Origin: Candidatus Latescibacterota bacterium
Lineage (GTDB): Bacteria > Latescibacterota > UBA2968 > GCA-2709665
Direction: 5' to 3'
DNA: 64,000 nt
Assembly: GCA_965208835.1 (NCBI GenBank)
Contig: OZ242358.1
Location: 3,680,001 to 3,744,000, forward strand
The number at the start of each line of letters is the position of its first letter. Positions within the stretch are counted from its first letter, which is position 1. Positions 30,030 to 40,473 of the stretch are shown one piece after another. Made by a program: the position numbers and the translations under genes. Below the pieces are notes generated by a model that saw only the letters and a program-made list of their open reading frames with translations, did not search any database and had not been told where the DNA came from.

Positions 30030-32542
30030 ACACATTGATCCATCTGGCCGAAACATGGTGGCCGCTCTACGCGGTACACATGGTTGAAGTCTCGCTTTTC
30101 ATTTTGCTGGTATGGGCCGTGGACCGGTGGCTGACACTGGAAACGCGGTTGCGATACGCGCTCTATCTGCTGGCGCTGGCGAAGGTGTTTGTACCGCCGG
30201 TTCTGGCTATTCCAATACCCGCATTTCTCGTTTCTCCAGCAACAGTCGCATTGGATGAACCCGTGTATTCCGGAGTGGTATCCGGGGCTGTCTCAGTCTC
30301 TCCCGAACCAGTAACTACCTTTCCACCGGCGTTCTATCTGTTCTGTCTGTGGACACTCTCAGTCCTTGTCTGGACTGGTGTGGCACTGTGGAGGAACGCG
30401 GCCTTCCGCCGCACGCTGAAACCGGCAGTCCCGGTGGACCTGGCAATCGAAGTTCCTTCACTGATTGCGCCACGCAACCTGAAGGTCTTTTCCAAAACCG
30501 ACCTGCCTTCTCCCATCCTGGTGGGCTTGTTAAGACCGCGGCTGTTCTTGCCCACGAAGTGGTCTTCCTGGACGCCCGAAGAGCTGCGAGGCGTCGTAAG
30601 GCACGAACTGGCGCATTTTGAAAAACGCGACATTCACGTCCTCATTCTGCAAGCCATCGCAACGGCTCTCTTCGGCGTAAACCCGCTGGTCTGGCTGTTG
30701 AACCGCCGCCTGATGTTACTCCGGGAACTGCGCTGCGACGAAGCGGTCCTGCGCGAAACGAACCTGACACCCGCCGAATACGGACGTCTGCTTCTGGGTT
30801 TGGTCGACAGGAGATCTGCACCCCGCGCCCTGACTGTATTCTTCACCGATCGGGGAACGTCGCTGAAGAAACGCCTCGAGTACGTCCTCGGCTTCAAGGA
30901 AGGGCGAATCAAACAGTCGAAACGGCAGGTGGCTGCGCTCGTTCTCGTCGGCCTGATGATTGTGCCGCTTTCAATTCGAGAGGCATATACGCAGATGGAC
31001 AGTGAACCTCAGTCGTCAATTTCCGCCGTACACGGCAAGACCGCCGATCCTGAAAAACACCAGACCGCCGAGTCTTCACGTGGTGTCGTTGACAGTACCG
31101 AGGTTGTTTCCGTCGTCTACGACATAGAGGAGGTCGACGAAAAGCCCCATCTGGTGCAAATCTTCGCGCCAGATTATCCTGAAGATGCGCTACATAGTAA
31201 AATAGATGGTGTCGTGATGTTGAAATTCATCGTCAATGTCGACGGATCGGTGAGCGACGTAACCGTATTGAAGGGGCCGGAGATATTTCATAAAGCCGCA
31301 ACAGAAGCGGCATTACAGTGGCGTTTCAGACCGGCTAAGCATCGTGGCAAGGTCGTTCCTGCGTGGTGCACGACGCCAATGAGCTTTTCCCGCAAACCTG
31401 AGGAAAAAGCCCGGTCAATCGATCCTGTATACGCAAAGCTTGAGAAAGGCTTAGAATTTGGAGCGATCGATCCTGTAAACGCAAAACTTAAGAAAGGCTT
31501 TGAATTTGGAGCAGTGGTGGATGTGAAGCCGATCATCATACAATTCGTTCCGCCAGTTTACCCGGATGTTGCACAAAAGGCAGCGCCTGAGGTCAACGTG
31601 TTCTTGAAGTTCAGGGTAAACGTGGATGGATTGGTAAGCGACGTGCGAGTCCTCGGGGTCAGGGTAAATGGACTTATACGTGAAGGTTGGCAAACGGACG
31701 ATACGTTTCGTCGACCGGCCATAGACGCCATATCCAAATACAGGTTTATTCCTGCCCGGCATGAAGGTAAGGCTGTACCCGTATGGATGATGCACCAGAT
31801 CAGTTTTAAACTGCCCGAACATGGGGCCGCGCAATCCATCGAAAAGAGCGATCCTGGTGGTGAAAGGGTCTACGAGTTTTGGGACGTCGACGTGAAACCT
31901 GTCGTCATGCATGCTGTTGCGTCAGCTTATCCCGACCAAGCATTAAAGGCGGGCTTGTCGGGAAACGTGTTCTTGAAGTTCAAAGTCAACGTGGACGGCT
32001 CCGTGAGTGACGTACACAACCTCAGAGGTCAAGTGATATTTGTGAAACCAGCGATCGATGCCATTTCGCAATTCCGGTTCAAACCTGCGCAACGCAAAGG
32101 CAAACCTGTCGCGGTGTGGATGACGCAGGCGATCAAGTTTACACCCACCGAACCAGAAGCCGTACCGGACACCGACAATGTCGTAGTCAGCGACATTCAG
32201 GTCTTCGAGATTTCGGATGTAGACGTCGTGCCGGTCCAGCTGAATCTGAATGATATTCGGCCGGATTACCCGGACGCGGCAATAAAAGCGGGCTTAACAG
32301 GCAGAGTGATATTGAAGTTCAAGATCAATGTGGATGGCTCCGTGAACGACGTAAACGTACTGGAAGGCGATGAGGTATTTCGCAAGCCCGCGATTGATGC
32401 AGTCAAACGATTCAGGTACAAACCGGCCGAACGTGACGGCAATCCTGTACCCGTCTGGATGACGATGCCAATTAAATTTGCGCTTCCCGAAGATCAGGAG
32501 GACACAGTTCCCGAAACCGGAGAGCCCGGCGTCGGGAATTAG
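30026..32542 (+). CDS. M56 (BlaR1-like) metallopeptidase fused to four TonB C-terminal domains
   Basis: SPILVGLLRPRLFLP, HELAH, NPLVW, RELRCD; four P.YP..A...LKF.VNVDG.V repeats. Confidence 0.9.
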   Translation: MNTLIHLAETWWPLYAVHMVEVSLFILLVWAVDRWLTLETRLRYALYLLALAKVFVPPVLAIPIPAFLVSPATVALDEPVYSGVVSGAVSVSPEPVTTFPPAFYLFCLWTLSVLVWTGVALWRNAAFRRTLKPAVPVDLAIEVPSLIAPRNLKVFSKTDLPSPILVGLLRPRLFLPTKWSSWTPEELRGVVRHELAHFEKRDIHVLILQAIATALFGVNPLVWLLNRRLMLLRELRCDEAVLRETNLTPAEYGRLLLGLVDRRSAPRALTVFFTDRGTSLKKRLEYVLGFKEGRIKQSKRQVAALVLVGLMIVPLSIREAYTQMDSEPQSSISAVHGKTADPEKHQTAESSRGVVDSTEVVSVVYDIEEVDEKPHLVQIFAPDYPEDALHSKIDGVVMLKFIVNVDGSVSDVTVLKGPEIFHKAATEAALQWRFRPAKHRGKVVPAWCTTPMSFSRKPEEKARSIDPVYAKLEKGLEFGAIDPVNAKLKKGFEFGAVVDVKPIIIQFVPPVYPDVAQKAAPEVNVFLKFRVNVDGLVSDVRVLGVRVNGLIREGWQTDDTFRRPAIDAISKYRFIPARHEGKAVPVWMMHQISFKLPEHGAAQSIEKSDPGGERVYEFWDVDVKPVVMHAVASAYPDQALKAGLSGNVFLKFKVNVDGSVSDVHNLRGQVIFVKPAIDAISQFRFKPAQRKGKPVAVWMTQAIKFTPTEPEAVPDTDNVVVSDIQVFEISDVDVVPVQLNLNDIRPDYPDAAIKAGLTGRVILKFKINVDGSVNDVNVLEGDEVFRKPAIDAVKRFRYKPAERDGNPVPVWMTMPIKFALPEDQEDTVPETGEPGVGN
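31418..31513 (+). repeat. 48-bp in-frame tandem duplication in linker of M56-TonB protein
   Basis: IDPVYAKLEKGLEFGA / IDPVNAKLKKGFEFGA. Confidence 0.85.
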
Positions 32543-32744
32543 CGAACTATGGCATGTCACGGCTGTCCAAGATAATTTGGAAAAGTCGATTTTGGACAGG
32601 TGTGATGGCATGGTTTATTTGTGACGCTGACGCCGATTTCAGGGGTTGGTTCGGATTTCTTCCCTTGTTGTACGACTGAGATTTGCCTATTTTTGAGTAC
32701 TGATGAGAATTTAATGGGAAAAGAAAAATGGAGTCGGTCAAGAT

Positions 32745-32812
32745 TTGTCAATTCAATTCGAGTGGGATGAGAGGAAATCCAGCGAGAATCATATGAGAGG
32801 CAGGAAAGATAG
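32745..32812 (+). pseudogene. BrnT-like toxin remnant (internal deletion)
   Basis: (L)SIQFEWDERKSSEN matches a BrnT N-terminus; YERQER* in another frame at the antitoxin start resembles a BrnT C-terminus. Confidence 0.55.
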
Positions 32813-33038
32813 CAAGGTGCGAACGGAATATGATTTCTCTGAAGGCGTTCGAGGAAGGCATTTTAAGGCTTACCGTGCGGGACACACGGTTGAGATAACA
32901 ACACAGGACGGATCAATCGAAACCCGCTGCTTTACCGAAGAAGACGGATCTGTCATGTTGGATCCCGATTTAAAACGGCATTTCCCGGATTCCAAATCCG
33001 TGAACAAAGCGCTACGTTCCCTTATCAAGGAATCGTGA
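32793..33038 (+). CDS. Antitoxin of the type found downstream of BrnT toxins
   Basis: EYDFSEGVRGRH...VMLDPDL..HFPDSKSVNKALRSL. Confidence 0.7.
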   Translation: MRGRKDSKVRTEYDFSEGVRGRHFKAYRAGHTVEITTQDGSIETRCFTEEDGSVMLDPDLKRHFPDSKSVNKALRSLIKES

Positions 33039-33194
33039 ACTCTGGCATTTCGCCCGTCCGTCACGAATATGGTGCAGCCTTTCGAAACGCAATGCTAAAC
33101 GCCTCAGCCGCACCCTCCACATCCGATTCCTGGATCAGTCCCGCATTGCTGCATACCGCCACTCGTCCGACCGCGCTTCAGCAAATATCCACAG

Positions 33195-33229
33195 GAAAGC
33201 CCGGCAGGTGATCCCTCGCCGGGCTTTCT
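33195..33229. terminator. Bidirectional intrinsic terminator
   Basis: GAAAGCCCGGC...GCCGGGCTTTC between convergent genes. Confidence 0.7.
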
Positions 33230-33342
33230 AAATTTGAGACAGTGGATTCTTGCGAAAATGAAGGGGGCCGTAAACGACGACGGGTTCTGATGCGGTCAAG
33301 AATCTCTACCTGCACAGATTGACGACTGTTGGACGGACGCAG

Positions 33343-34530
33343 CTACTTTTCCATGGGCGATCGCATCAGGTTGTAATACACGTCTACGCCTGAGTTCAAC
33401 TGCCCAATATCGATCCACTCGTCCGCCGTGTGTCCTTGCGCAATGTCACCCGGACCAAGTACGACCGCGGGGATGCCCGCACGGCTGAAGCTGCTGGCGT
33501 CCGTACCATAGCCGACGCCAGTCAGGCCGTCCGGAAGTCCCAGCGATTTCAGCACAGAAGCCGCGAATGCGCCGAACGCTCTCCCGCCGGCCGGGTCCAG
33601 CGGACTATCCACCATATCGGGCGTTTCCTGAACGACCGTCAAATCTGGATTGTCCGCCCGAAGTTCCTCCAGAATGCGTTCCACCGCCGGAATGACCGTA
33701 TCCGGGTTCTCGCCCGGCACCACGCGACGGTCCACGTGGATTTCGCAGTGTTCCGGTATCATGTTGATCTGGGTGCCGCCGTGTATGAGATTGATGCTGC
33801 ACTGCGCAGCACCTGTGAGGGGATGTTCTGACGTCAGTTGCGAAATGTAACGCTCCTCAAGCGCCCCGATCACCCCCGTCATCATGCGAATGGCGGACCG
33901 CCCACGGGAGGGATCCGAAGAGTGAACCGCCACGCCCGCCGTCCGAATCCGCCAGCGTACGACGCCGTTGTGCGCAACCACGGCTCGCAGCCTTGTGGGC
34001 TCCCCCACGATCACACCCGCCGGCCGCCAGGCCAGTTCCGGCATTTGCGACGCCACAAACGTGCGTACACCCGTCTTCCCGACCTCTTCGTCCAGGGTAT
34101 ACAGGATCGCCACGTTGTTCGGGCCGTTTCGCCGACGGTATCGTGAAAGTGCCCAGAGCATTGCCGCGCCGGTTCCCTTCGTATCGCACGTTCCCCGGCC
34201 GTACATTCTCCCGTCCACAACCCGCCCCTCGAACGGGTCCACCGTCATCCCGTCCACACTCACTGTATCCAGGTGGCTTTCAAACAGCAGCCACGGGGCT
34301 CGAGCGTCCACCTGGTGAGAGACCAGCAGATTGAATCCGTCCCCCGTCACCGGCAGCCGGCGCGTATCCAGCCCCATCGCAAGAGCCTGCCCCTCCATAT
34401 ACACCGACAGCGCCCGTTCAGCGTGTGGCTTCCCCGAAATCGCCGAATTCACGGTGTCGAACCCCACCATCGCCTGGAGCAGGGATTCGCATGAGTCGTG
34501 GATTCCTGAGGCCATCCCGCCCCTGTTCAT
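33343..34530 (-). CDS. M20 family metallohydrolase (ArgE/DapE-like deacylase)
   Basis: ESHLDTV, GRGTCDTKG, DEE, VGEPT, HSS, GTDAS, GPGDIAQGHTADE. Confidence 0.92.
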   Translation of the reverse strand: MNRGGMASGIHDSCESLLQAMVGFDTVNSAISGKPHAERALSVYMEGQALAMGLDTRRLPVTGDGFNLLVSHQVDARAPWLLFESHLDTVSVDGMTVDPFEGRVVDGRMYGRGTCDTKGTGAAMLWALSRYRRRNGPNNVAILYTLDEEVGKTGVRTFVASQMPELAWRPAGVIVGEPTRLRAVVAHNGVVRWRIRTAGVAVHSSDPSRGRSAIRMMTGVIGALEERYISQLTSEHPLTGAAQCSINLIHGGTQINMIPEHCEIHVDRRVVPGENPDTVIPAVERILEELRADNPDLTVVQETPDMVDSPLDPAGGRAFGAFAASVLKSLGLPDGLTGVGYGTDASSFSRAGIPAVVLGPGDIAQGHTADEWIDIGQLNSGVDVYYNLMRSPMEK

Positions 34531-35564
34531 CGCCAGCGTTCCTCGAACACGGAAATTGCTGTGCGAGCCGCCAGATTGGACGTTTCCACCCGCTCGCGGT
34601 AGCCGCCCTTCATCGTCATCCCGGTCTCTATGGTGAACGAGGGCCCGTATCTGTTCGCTCCGTAGTCCGCCAGATTCAATCCTTCGCCGCGTTCCGCTGC
34701 GATCAGCCAGAGTACGCCGCGCTCAGGCGTCTCGAAGAACGGACCAGGCGCGTACCCTTGAGGCGCAAGCTGCGCGCCCGAATCGGCGACTGCCCGAATC
34801 ATCGAATCGGCCATTCGTTTTTCCCACATCTCGTCGTCGTCATTTCGCTGGTGGCGCGCCGAGAACCAGAAACCGTCTCCGCCATACTCGTGGAGGTCCA
34901 GCGTAAGGCCAGGATTAACCCTCGCCATCACATTCCGCGCGCATCGGGATTCAACCGGCGCCCAGGGCGTATCGTGAAACCGGTTGATGTGCAACACCTC
35001 GCCCTCCGGGCTGACGATCAGCGTATACGCCCTCTGACAGGGTGCAGTGCCTTCAATGCCGGCCTCGCTCGAAGGATAGAAGATCCGTCGTCCAAACAGG
35101 GGTTCCAGGAATTCGGCACCCACCTCGAAACGTCCCAGGAGACCCGTCGTCGAATACCCGTACTCACCTATGATTGCGAGAACCGTATCTTCCTGTTCGT
35201 AAAGAACTTCGCCCCGAGATTTCAGAAGTGTCCGAACATCCTCAACCGAACCCACCTCCGGTACCTCGCCCAGACCCATGCTCAAAGCGTACCCGTACCC
35301 ATTCATCCCCATGGGATCTCGACTGGGAATCACGTAGACCTGATGCTCGGTCTGCAGTTCCGTCAGAAGCCCGACGGCCGCCCCGACGCCCGCCTGTTCC
35401 GTTGAGTGGCTGCCGGCGCTGATGAAAATCGCCGGTAGTTTATCGCCTCCCGTTCTGACACACACTACCGGCGCGCCATCCGGGGCACATCCAAGTACTT
35501 CAGGTCGATAGCCGTGGGTTTCAATCCAACCCAGAAGGTCCGCGTACCGGTCGAAAATCCGCAT
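34527..35564 (-). CDS. M14-type zinc carboxypeptidase / succinylglutamate desuccinylase-like protein
   Basis: AGSHSTE (HxxE), DPMG, INR, LDLHE, FTIET. Confidence 0.75.
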   Translation of the reverse strand: MRIFDRYADLLGWIETHGYRPEVLGCAPDGAPVVCVRTGGDKLPAIFISAGSHSTEQAGVGAAVGLLTELQTEHQVYVIPSRDPMGMNGYGYALSMGLGEVPEVGSVEDVRTLLKSRGEVLYEQEDTVLAIIGEYGYSTTGLLGRFEVGAEFLEPLFGRRIFYPSSEAGIEGTAPCQRAYTLIVSPEGEVLHINRFHDTPWAPVESRCARNVMARVNPGLTLDLHEYGGDGFWFSARHQRNDDDEMWEKRMADSMIRAVADSGAQLAPQGYAPGPFFETPERGVLWLIAAERGEGLNLADYGANRYGPSFTIETGMTMKGGYRERVETSNLAARTAISVFEERWR

Positions 35565-35642
35565 AGAATCTCTCCCCTTTGAATCCCTGAAAGAAGCCCT
35601 CATTACTGAAAAACCGCCTGTGTAATTATGACGGTCGGGGTC

Positions 35643-38624
35643 TCAGTCTTCCGCCCCTTTCCAACCGGCATTCAATATTGTCACCGTTTCGGTTGGAATC
35701 GCCGGATAGTCCCGAACGGTAATAGCGTTCTGTGTGGCCGATTCAATCTCGAATCCCGTCTGTGGTGTCGTGCCGGTCAGTAGAAAGGCACCTGCGACGC
35801 GCCCGGGATCGGATATCGGTTCCGCAAGATGGAAGGTCCGCTCTTCGACGGACCGGACGCTCAACGTCGTGCTTGCCTCGGCCAGTGAAACGGATAGTTC
35901 GCCACACGCCAACTCCGTTCCATTCAGCAGATACGCCTGGACGGCGCGACCCTGCCCGTCCACCGATGCGAATCCGAATCGACCCGCCAGGCGCACGGGA
36001 CCGTACTGGCGCTGTTCCAGGTCCATTGACGATATGATATAGTCGGTGCGGCCGTGCAACTGAACCTCGATTGCCACAACGCCTGTTGCAGGATCGTCTT
36101 CGATCAATCGCGCACCAACTACCGGCGAGCTTCCCGAGTCGTAAGGAACGACTAATGTGGCATACCGGCTTGAGAGCGGCATGCCCTCGTCACCGGCCCG
36201 GTTCTCCGCCAGAATATGCCCTACGGAGGGCTGTTCCAATTCTTCGGTTGTGAATATCCGCCAGCCCGGTGCATCGGCGATCACCATCCGCTGCGGCGTA
36301 TTGAGCACCATCAGATCCAGGTTCACGCCGCGATGTTCCCAGCTGAACGTCGCGGATTTTTCAGGCGAAACCCCCCGCGGATTTTCCAGCCATTCGGCCC
36401 AGACTTCGGAGAGTGTTTTCGATTCGTACGTGGAGAGATCGGGAACACCGCGGGCCAGCGTTCCGTTGCACTGAAAGCCGTACTGATGGGTTCGCCCACC
36501 TCTGACCCGGAAAACATCTACGACGTATTTCCGGTCCTCCGGCGCGTCCACCATAACGCAAACACGCTGGTAGACGTCGCACTGCGGATAGACGTTTACG
36601 CCCGAAGCCTGTACCACCTCGATGCCCGGCGCCAGGCCGAAAAGCTCGAGGTTCGAGCCGCATTCGCTTCGCCGTTGATCTTCTTCGTCGACAACCACCA
36701 GATTGTGAGAAAGGGTGCTTTTCATCCATCTCTGACCGCTCCGACCGTCCGGAAGGCGCTGATCGCTGCCTGAAAAATACCCGCGGTCCGATACCATTTC
36801 CGCTCCGTACGCGTACACGCTCAGACTCAACACGTCCTGATGCCGATGACCCGTCTGCACCGTCCACTGATGTTCGTTGCCGTTCAGAAAGAGCGCGGTA
36901 TCGCTGGCGCCCCGACCACCGCGCAATACCCCGACGTGCCATCCCGGAAACCACTCGGAACGAAGCGGCAGTTCCGCGGCGTCCGCCCTGAGATCCGGGG
37001 GAAGATACCACAACGCATACTCCCTGCCTCTTTCGGACAATTTCGCGCCTTGAACCTGCTCCAGCAATCCAGCATAAGCCCCCCCGATGCGAGCGGCCAG
37101 CATCTCCAGGGAAAGAAGGTCCGCCGTCGCAATGTATTGCGTATCTCCGATCACAGGCATCCGGTTTCCCGGGGCCAGCGATCTGACCAGTGACACCAGC
37201 GAATCATGGAATCGCCCGCTGGAGAAGATGTCCAGCGAATCGATCCGTTCTCCTTCATCGGATAGGTACCCGGGCGGGTCGCTGTATCCATGCAGCAGGT
37301 CGGCCAGTTCGTGCACATTTGAGAGGTTGTGGGCCGAATAGGACGGACACTCGGCGTAGAATCCATCGTGGTGGTAGCGCTCGTCCAGCATTCGGCGGAA
37401 GCCGTCCAGTGCGCGACGGACACGGTCCGGATGCCCGAAACGCATCCCCACACCCGCGCTCAACACGAAGACGGCTGTGCCCTTGTTGGAGAGTGAGTTC
37501 CAGTGCTCCATATCCGCACAACCGGCCAGGATCAGATCATCCAGAATGCGACGTTCCGTGACCTCATCCAGCACCCGGCGGCCATCCGGATACGATGCGT
37601 CGCCAATCAGGTCATACGCGACCAGCAACGAGAACAGCGGGCCGGCATCGCTCCCCTTCCCGTGCACGCGCAGGTGCCCCGCGCCCCAGAACCCGTTGTT
37701 CAGCGTGGAATAAGTCTCAAACTGATGCAAGCCGTAAGCGTGCCGTACAGCACCCGGTGGAAACCGCCCGCCCGTGGGTCCGCCCGCCAACTCTTCACCG
37801 CCCATATTGGCCGCCACTTCCGCGGGCGGCAGGTCGGCGATACTGCCGTCGTACGAATGGTAGAGATAATTCGGATAAACACGAGCGAATCTGTCCAGAA
37901 TCCAGACCACCCGTTCAGCGTACCTGGCCTCGCCTGAAACGGCAAACAACTTCGCCAGCGTCAAAGCCTGACCCGTTGCCCAGCCCACCTTGCAATCTCG
38001 AATATGCCCCGTGAAACTCGTCATCGTGGGACGTTCGCCTAGCCACTTGAGCGCATGTTTGGCCCTGTTATCGGGATCGGCCACTTCTTCAGGCGTCTGG
38101 TAATACGTAAACCGCTGCCCCATACGAGGGCATTCCAGAACGCCGGTTTCAGGATACCGCGCATTCGGGTAAACCGTCCCGCAGACACTGCACGAGATTT
38201 CATCCGGACGCTCTATGGTCCAGTTGAACCGCCCGCCTCCCATCAGCGACAGCTTCCCCACGCAGTGGGGGCAGTTCTGGCCATAATGGGTTCCGGGCGT
38301 CAACTCCGGAATCAGCGCCTCGAAAAACCCGCGGTCCTGCCGCATCGAAAGCGCGACATCTCTCTCCCATCCCTCCACGATACCCTTCGCCCAATCGTAG
38401 CGGACCACGTTTCGGCGAGCGTTTTCAATATCCGCGGATTTGTACAACGTCCGGGGACCGGCGCACGCGCTTCTGGTTGCCGCCAGGAGTACTGCCGGAA
38501 GGATGAACAGGAACACGAGAATATGGAATCGCAAGAACCAGGTGTCGATCAACGCCGACTGTACACCGGGTAGTGCAACCGCCCATGCCATCGACCCCAG
38601 ACATGTGAGATTTAACTGCCACAT
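35643..38624 (-). CDS. Heparinase II/III-like polysaccharide lyase (secreted)
   Basis: Signal peptide; DGFYAECPSY, GHRHQDVL, DRGY, SHNLVVVDE, YQR, VVDVFRVRGG..HQY. Confidence 0.8.
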   Translation of the reverse strand: MWQLNLTCLGSMAWAVALPGVQSALIDTWFLRFHILVFLFILPAVLLAATRSACAGPRTLYKSADIENARRNVVRYDWAKGIVEGWERDVALSMRQDRGFFEALIPELTPGTHYGQNCPHCVGKLSLMGGGRFNWTIERPDEISCSVCGTVYPNARYPETGVLECPRMGQRFTYYQTPEEVADPDNRAKHALKWLGERPTMTSFTGHIRDCKVGWATGQALTLAKLFAVSGEARYAERVVWILDRFARVYPNYLYHSYDGSIADLPPAEVAANMGGEELAGGPTGGRFPPGAVRHAYGLHQFETYSTLNNGFWGAGHLRVHGKGSDAGPLFSLLVAYDLIGDASYPDGRRVLDEVTERRILDDLILAGCADMEHWNSLSNKGTAVFVLSAGVGMRFGHPDRVRRALDGFRRMLDERYHHDGFYAECPSYSAHNLSNVHELADLLHGYSDPPGYLSDEGERIDSLDIFSSGRFHDSLVSLVRSLAPGNRMPVIGDTQYIATADLLSLEMLAARIGGAYAGLLEQVQGAKLSERGREYALWYLPPDLRADAAELPLRSEWFPGWHVGVLRGGRGASDTALFLNGNEHQWTVQTGHRHQDVLSLSVYAYGAEMVSDRGYFSGSDQRLPDGRSGQRWMKSTLSHNLVVVDEEDQRRSECGSNLELFGLAPGIEVVQASGVNVYPQCDVYQRVCVMVDAPEDRKYVVDVFRVRGGRTHQYGFQCNGTLARGVPDLSTYESKTLSEVWAEWLENPRGVSPEKSATFSWEHRGVNLDLMVLNTPQRMVIADAPGWRIFTTEELEQPSVGHILAENRAGDEGMPLSSRYATLVVPYDSGSSPVVGARLIEDDPATGVVAIEVQLHGRTDYIISSMDLEQRQYGPVRLAGRFGFASVDGQGRAVQAYLLNGTELACGELSVSLAEASTTLSVRSVEERTFHLAEPISDPGRVAGAFLLTGTTPQTGFEIESATQNAITVRDYPAIPTETVTILNAGWKGAED

Positions 38625-38635
38625 GACGATTTCTC

Positions 38636-39463
38636 CTATGGGTTGCGGCCATAGAGGGAGTCCGCCGTCTTTCCCAATATCCAGGCCCTGTCATCGTCAG
38701 CGAGAAAATCCATCGCTTCTTCGATCACACGGAAGCCGACGGCCTCGCCACGCTGAGGGTCTTCGGGGAATCCAGTACATCCCAGCATCCGTCGGGACCC
38801 GAACGCGTCGTAAACGGCCTCGACATACTGATGGACGTCTTCGTGCGGCCATGGCTTCTCCGATATCCCGTCAATCCTGGTGGCTTTCACGTAGAGATTC
38901 GGATACTTTGCGGCCGCGAGCAGGTGCCGAAAACTCCCGTCCAGGCCTTCGGACAGGACGGGCTCCCCCAGGTGATCCACGATCACGTTTACGTCCGGGA
39001 ATCGCTGCAACATCGGTTCAAGCAATCGAATCTGATTGCAGCGGCCGAACCACGTGAACGGGACGCCCAGCCTCTTCGCGGTCTCCCAGAGCGCCGTCTG
39101 ATCGTCACGTGACAACCATGATGCGTCTTTATCCTTTATTGGATACAACCGCATCCCCTGCACGCCGTGCTCGCCGTGGAGCCGTTCCAGCTTTTCGGCC
39201 GCGCCCGGTCTTACGGGGTCGATCAGCGCCACGCCGTGCAGACGATCGGGAAATCGCCGCATGCAGTCACACATGTAACTGTTGTCGTACCCATGATACA
39301 TGCACTGGATGAGTACGGTACGGTCGATGCCGTTCAGGTCCATGTAGCTGATGAGGTCCTCCACCAGACCCGGATATACCGGCCGGCTCGCTGACATCTC
39401 ATCGTTATGCGTAAACGGCGGCGAACCCATCGTCCACACGTGCACGTGAGAATCGATACGCAT
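38636..39463 (-). CDS. Amidohydrolase family 2 protein
   Basis: IDSHVHVW, YDNSY, GMRL, IVDHLG, PNLYVK, FGSRRML. Confidence 0.88.
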   Translation of the reverse strand: MRIDSHVHVWTMGSPPFTHNDEMSASRPVYPGLVEDLISYMDLNGIDRTVLIQCMYHGYDNSYMCDCMRRFPDRLHGVALIDPVRPGAAEKLERLHGEHGVQGMRLYPIKDKDASWLSRDDQTALWETAKRLGVPFTWFGRCNQIRLLEPMLQRFPDVNVIVDHLGEPVLSEGLDGSFRHLLAAAKYPNLYVKATRIDGISEKPWPHEDVHQYVEAVYDAFGSRRMLGCTGFPEDPQRGEAVGFRVIEEAMDFLADDDRAWILGKTADSLYGRNP

Positions 39464-39501
39464 AGGTTCCTCCAATCAGGAAAAGAGTCCGGCCTTCTCA
39501 T

Positions 39502-40410
39502 TCACGACGCGTCTTCCCCTACAAGTCTGCACAATGCGTCCAGGGTAATGCCCTCCGGACGCAAACCCATCCGGCAGCAGCCGTCCATGATTGTACGGAG
39601 GATGAGTTCAAGATTCAACCGTGCCGGATGATCGGGATCCAGGTATTCCTGGTCGTTATGGCTGTCCGTCACGATCACCGGAAACCGGGGCTCGTCGACA
39701 ACGAACCGCTCCAGCACGTTCCGGATAACCGCCGCGTGATCGTACGGATGCGGTACATAGGACCATTCATAACCCTGTTCGCCTGCGTGTCCACGTCGAA
39801 CCGGCCGCCCTAACGCCACGGATACCGGGACATTGACCAGATTGGTTTTCCCTGCGATCAGGCGGCATCCCGAATGCGCCCGGTGCGGATAGTTCTGTGC
39901 CCCCTCCCAGACGCTATGGTGCCCGGGCAGGACTCGCCCCGGATTGGACAGACTGCCCCCGGCGAAACCGAGTTGGTTCAGCACGCCGACAGTGTCATCA
40001 CTGGCGGAAAAGTAGCCCGCCCTGAAGTAACGGGGTGGGATGCCCAGCGCGGATTCCCAAACCTGCATGGCTTCGCTAACGATCCCCGACTGCTCTCCGG
40101 CGGAATACGCCCCGAGGTCAAGCCGGTATTTCAGGTGCCTGAGCTTGTACGGGTGTACATGCAGCCCCAGACATGCGCCGCGGTTCCGCAAGTCCAGGAG
40201 CAGTTCCGCGTTCTCGAGCGCCACCTCGGGATGCGCAAGAAGCGTGACAGGATATCCGTACTTCGCTGCCGTCTCCGCGTATCCGCAAATCGATCGTGCG
40301 CTCTCCTTGTAGTCGGCCGGACCGCTCCCGGACATCCGGATTGCATAGGGCGTTAGGTCCGATCTGGCGGTCTCGCAGTCCATCGTCAGCAGAACGTAAA
40401 TCGTCCGCAA
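39502..40410 (-). CDS. Polysaccharide deacetylase-like (NodB/CE4 fold) protein
   Basis: LTMDCE, GLHVHP, PRYFRAG; start uncertain. Confidence 0.65.
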   Translation of the reverse strand: MRTIYVLLTMDCETARSDLTPYAIRMSGSGPADYKESARSICGYAETAAKYGYPVTLLAHPEVALENAELLLDLRNRGACLGLHVHPYKLRHLKYRLDLGAYSAGEQSGIVSEAMQVWESALGIPPRYFRAGYFSASDDTVGVLNQLGFAGGSLSNPGRVLPGHHSVWEGAQNYPHRAHSGCRLIAGKTNLVNVPVSVALGRPVRRGHAGEQGYEWSYVPHPYDHAAVIRNVLERFVVDEPRFPVIVTDSHNDQEYLDPDHPARLNLELILRTIMDGCCRMGLRPEGITLDALCRLVGEDAS

Positions 40411-40473
40411 ATCGTACCTCTGCCCAACGCACCGCACAAATGGGAACTTTTACACGCCGAAAATCGCCTGGCT

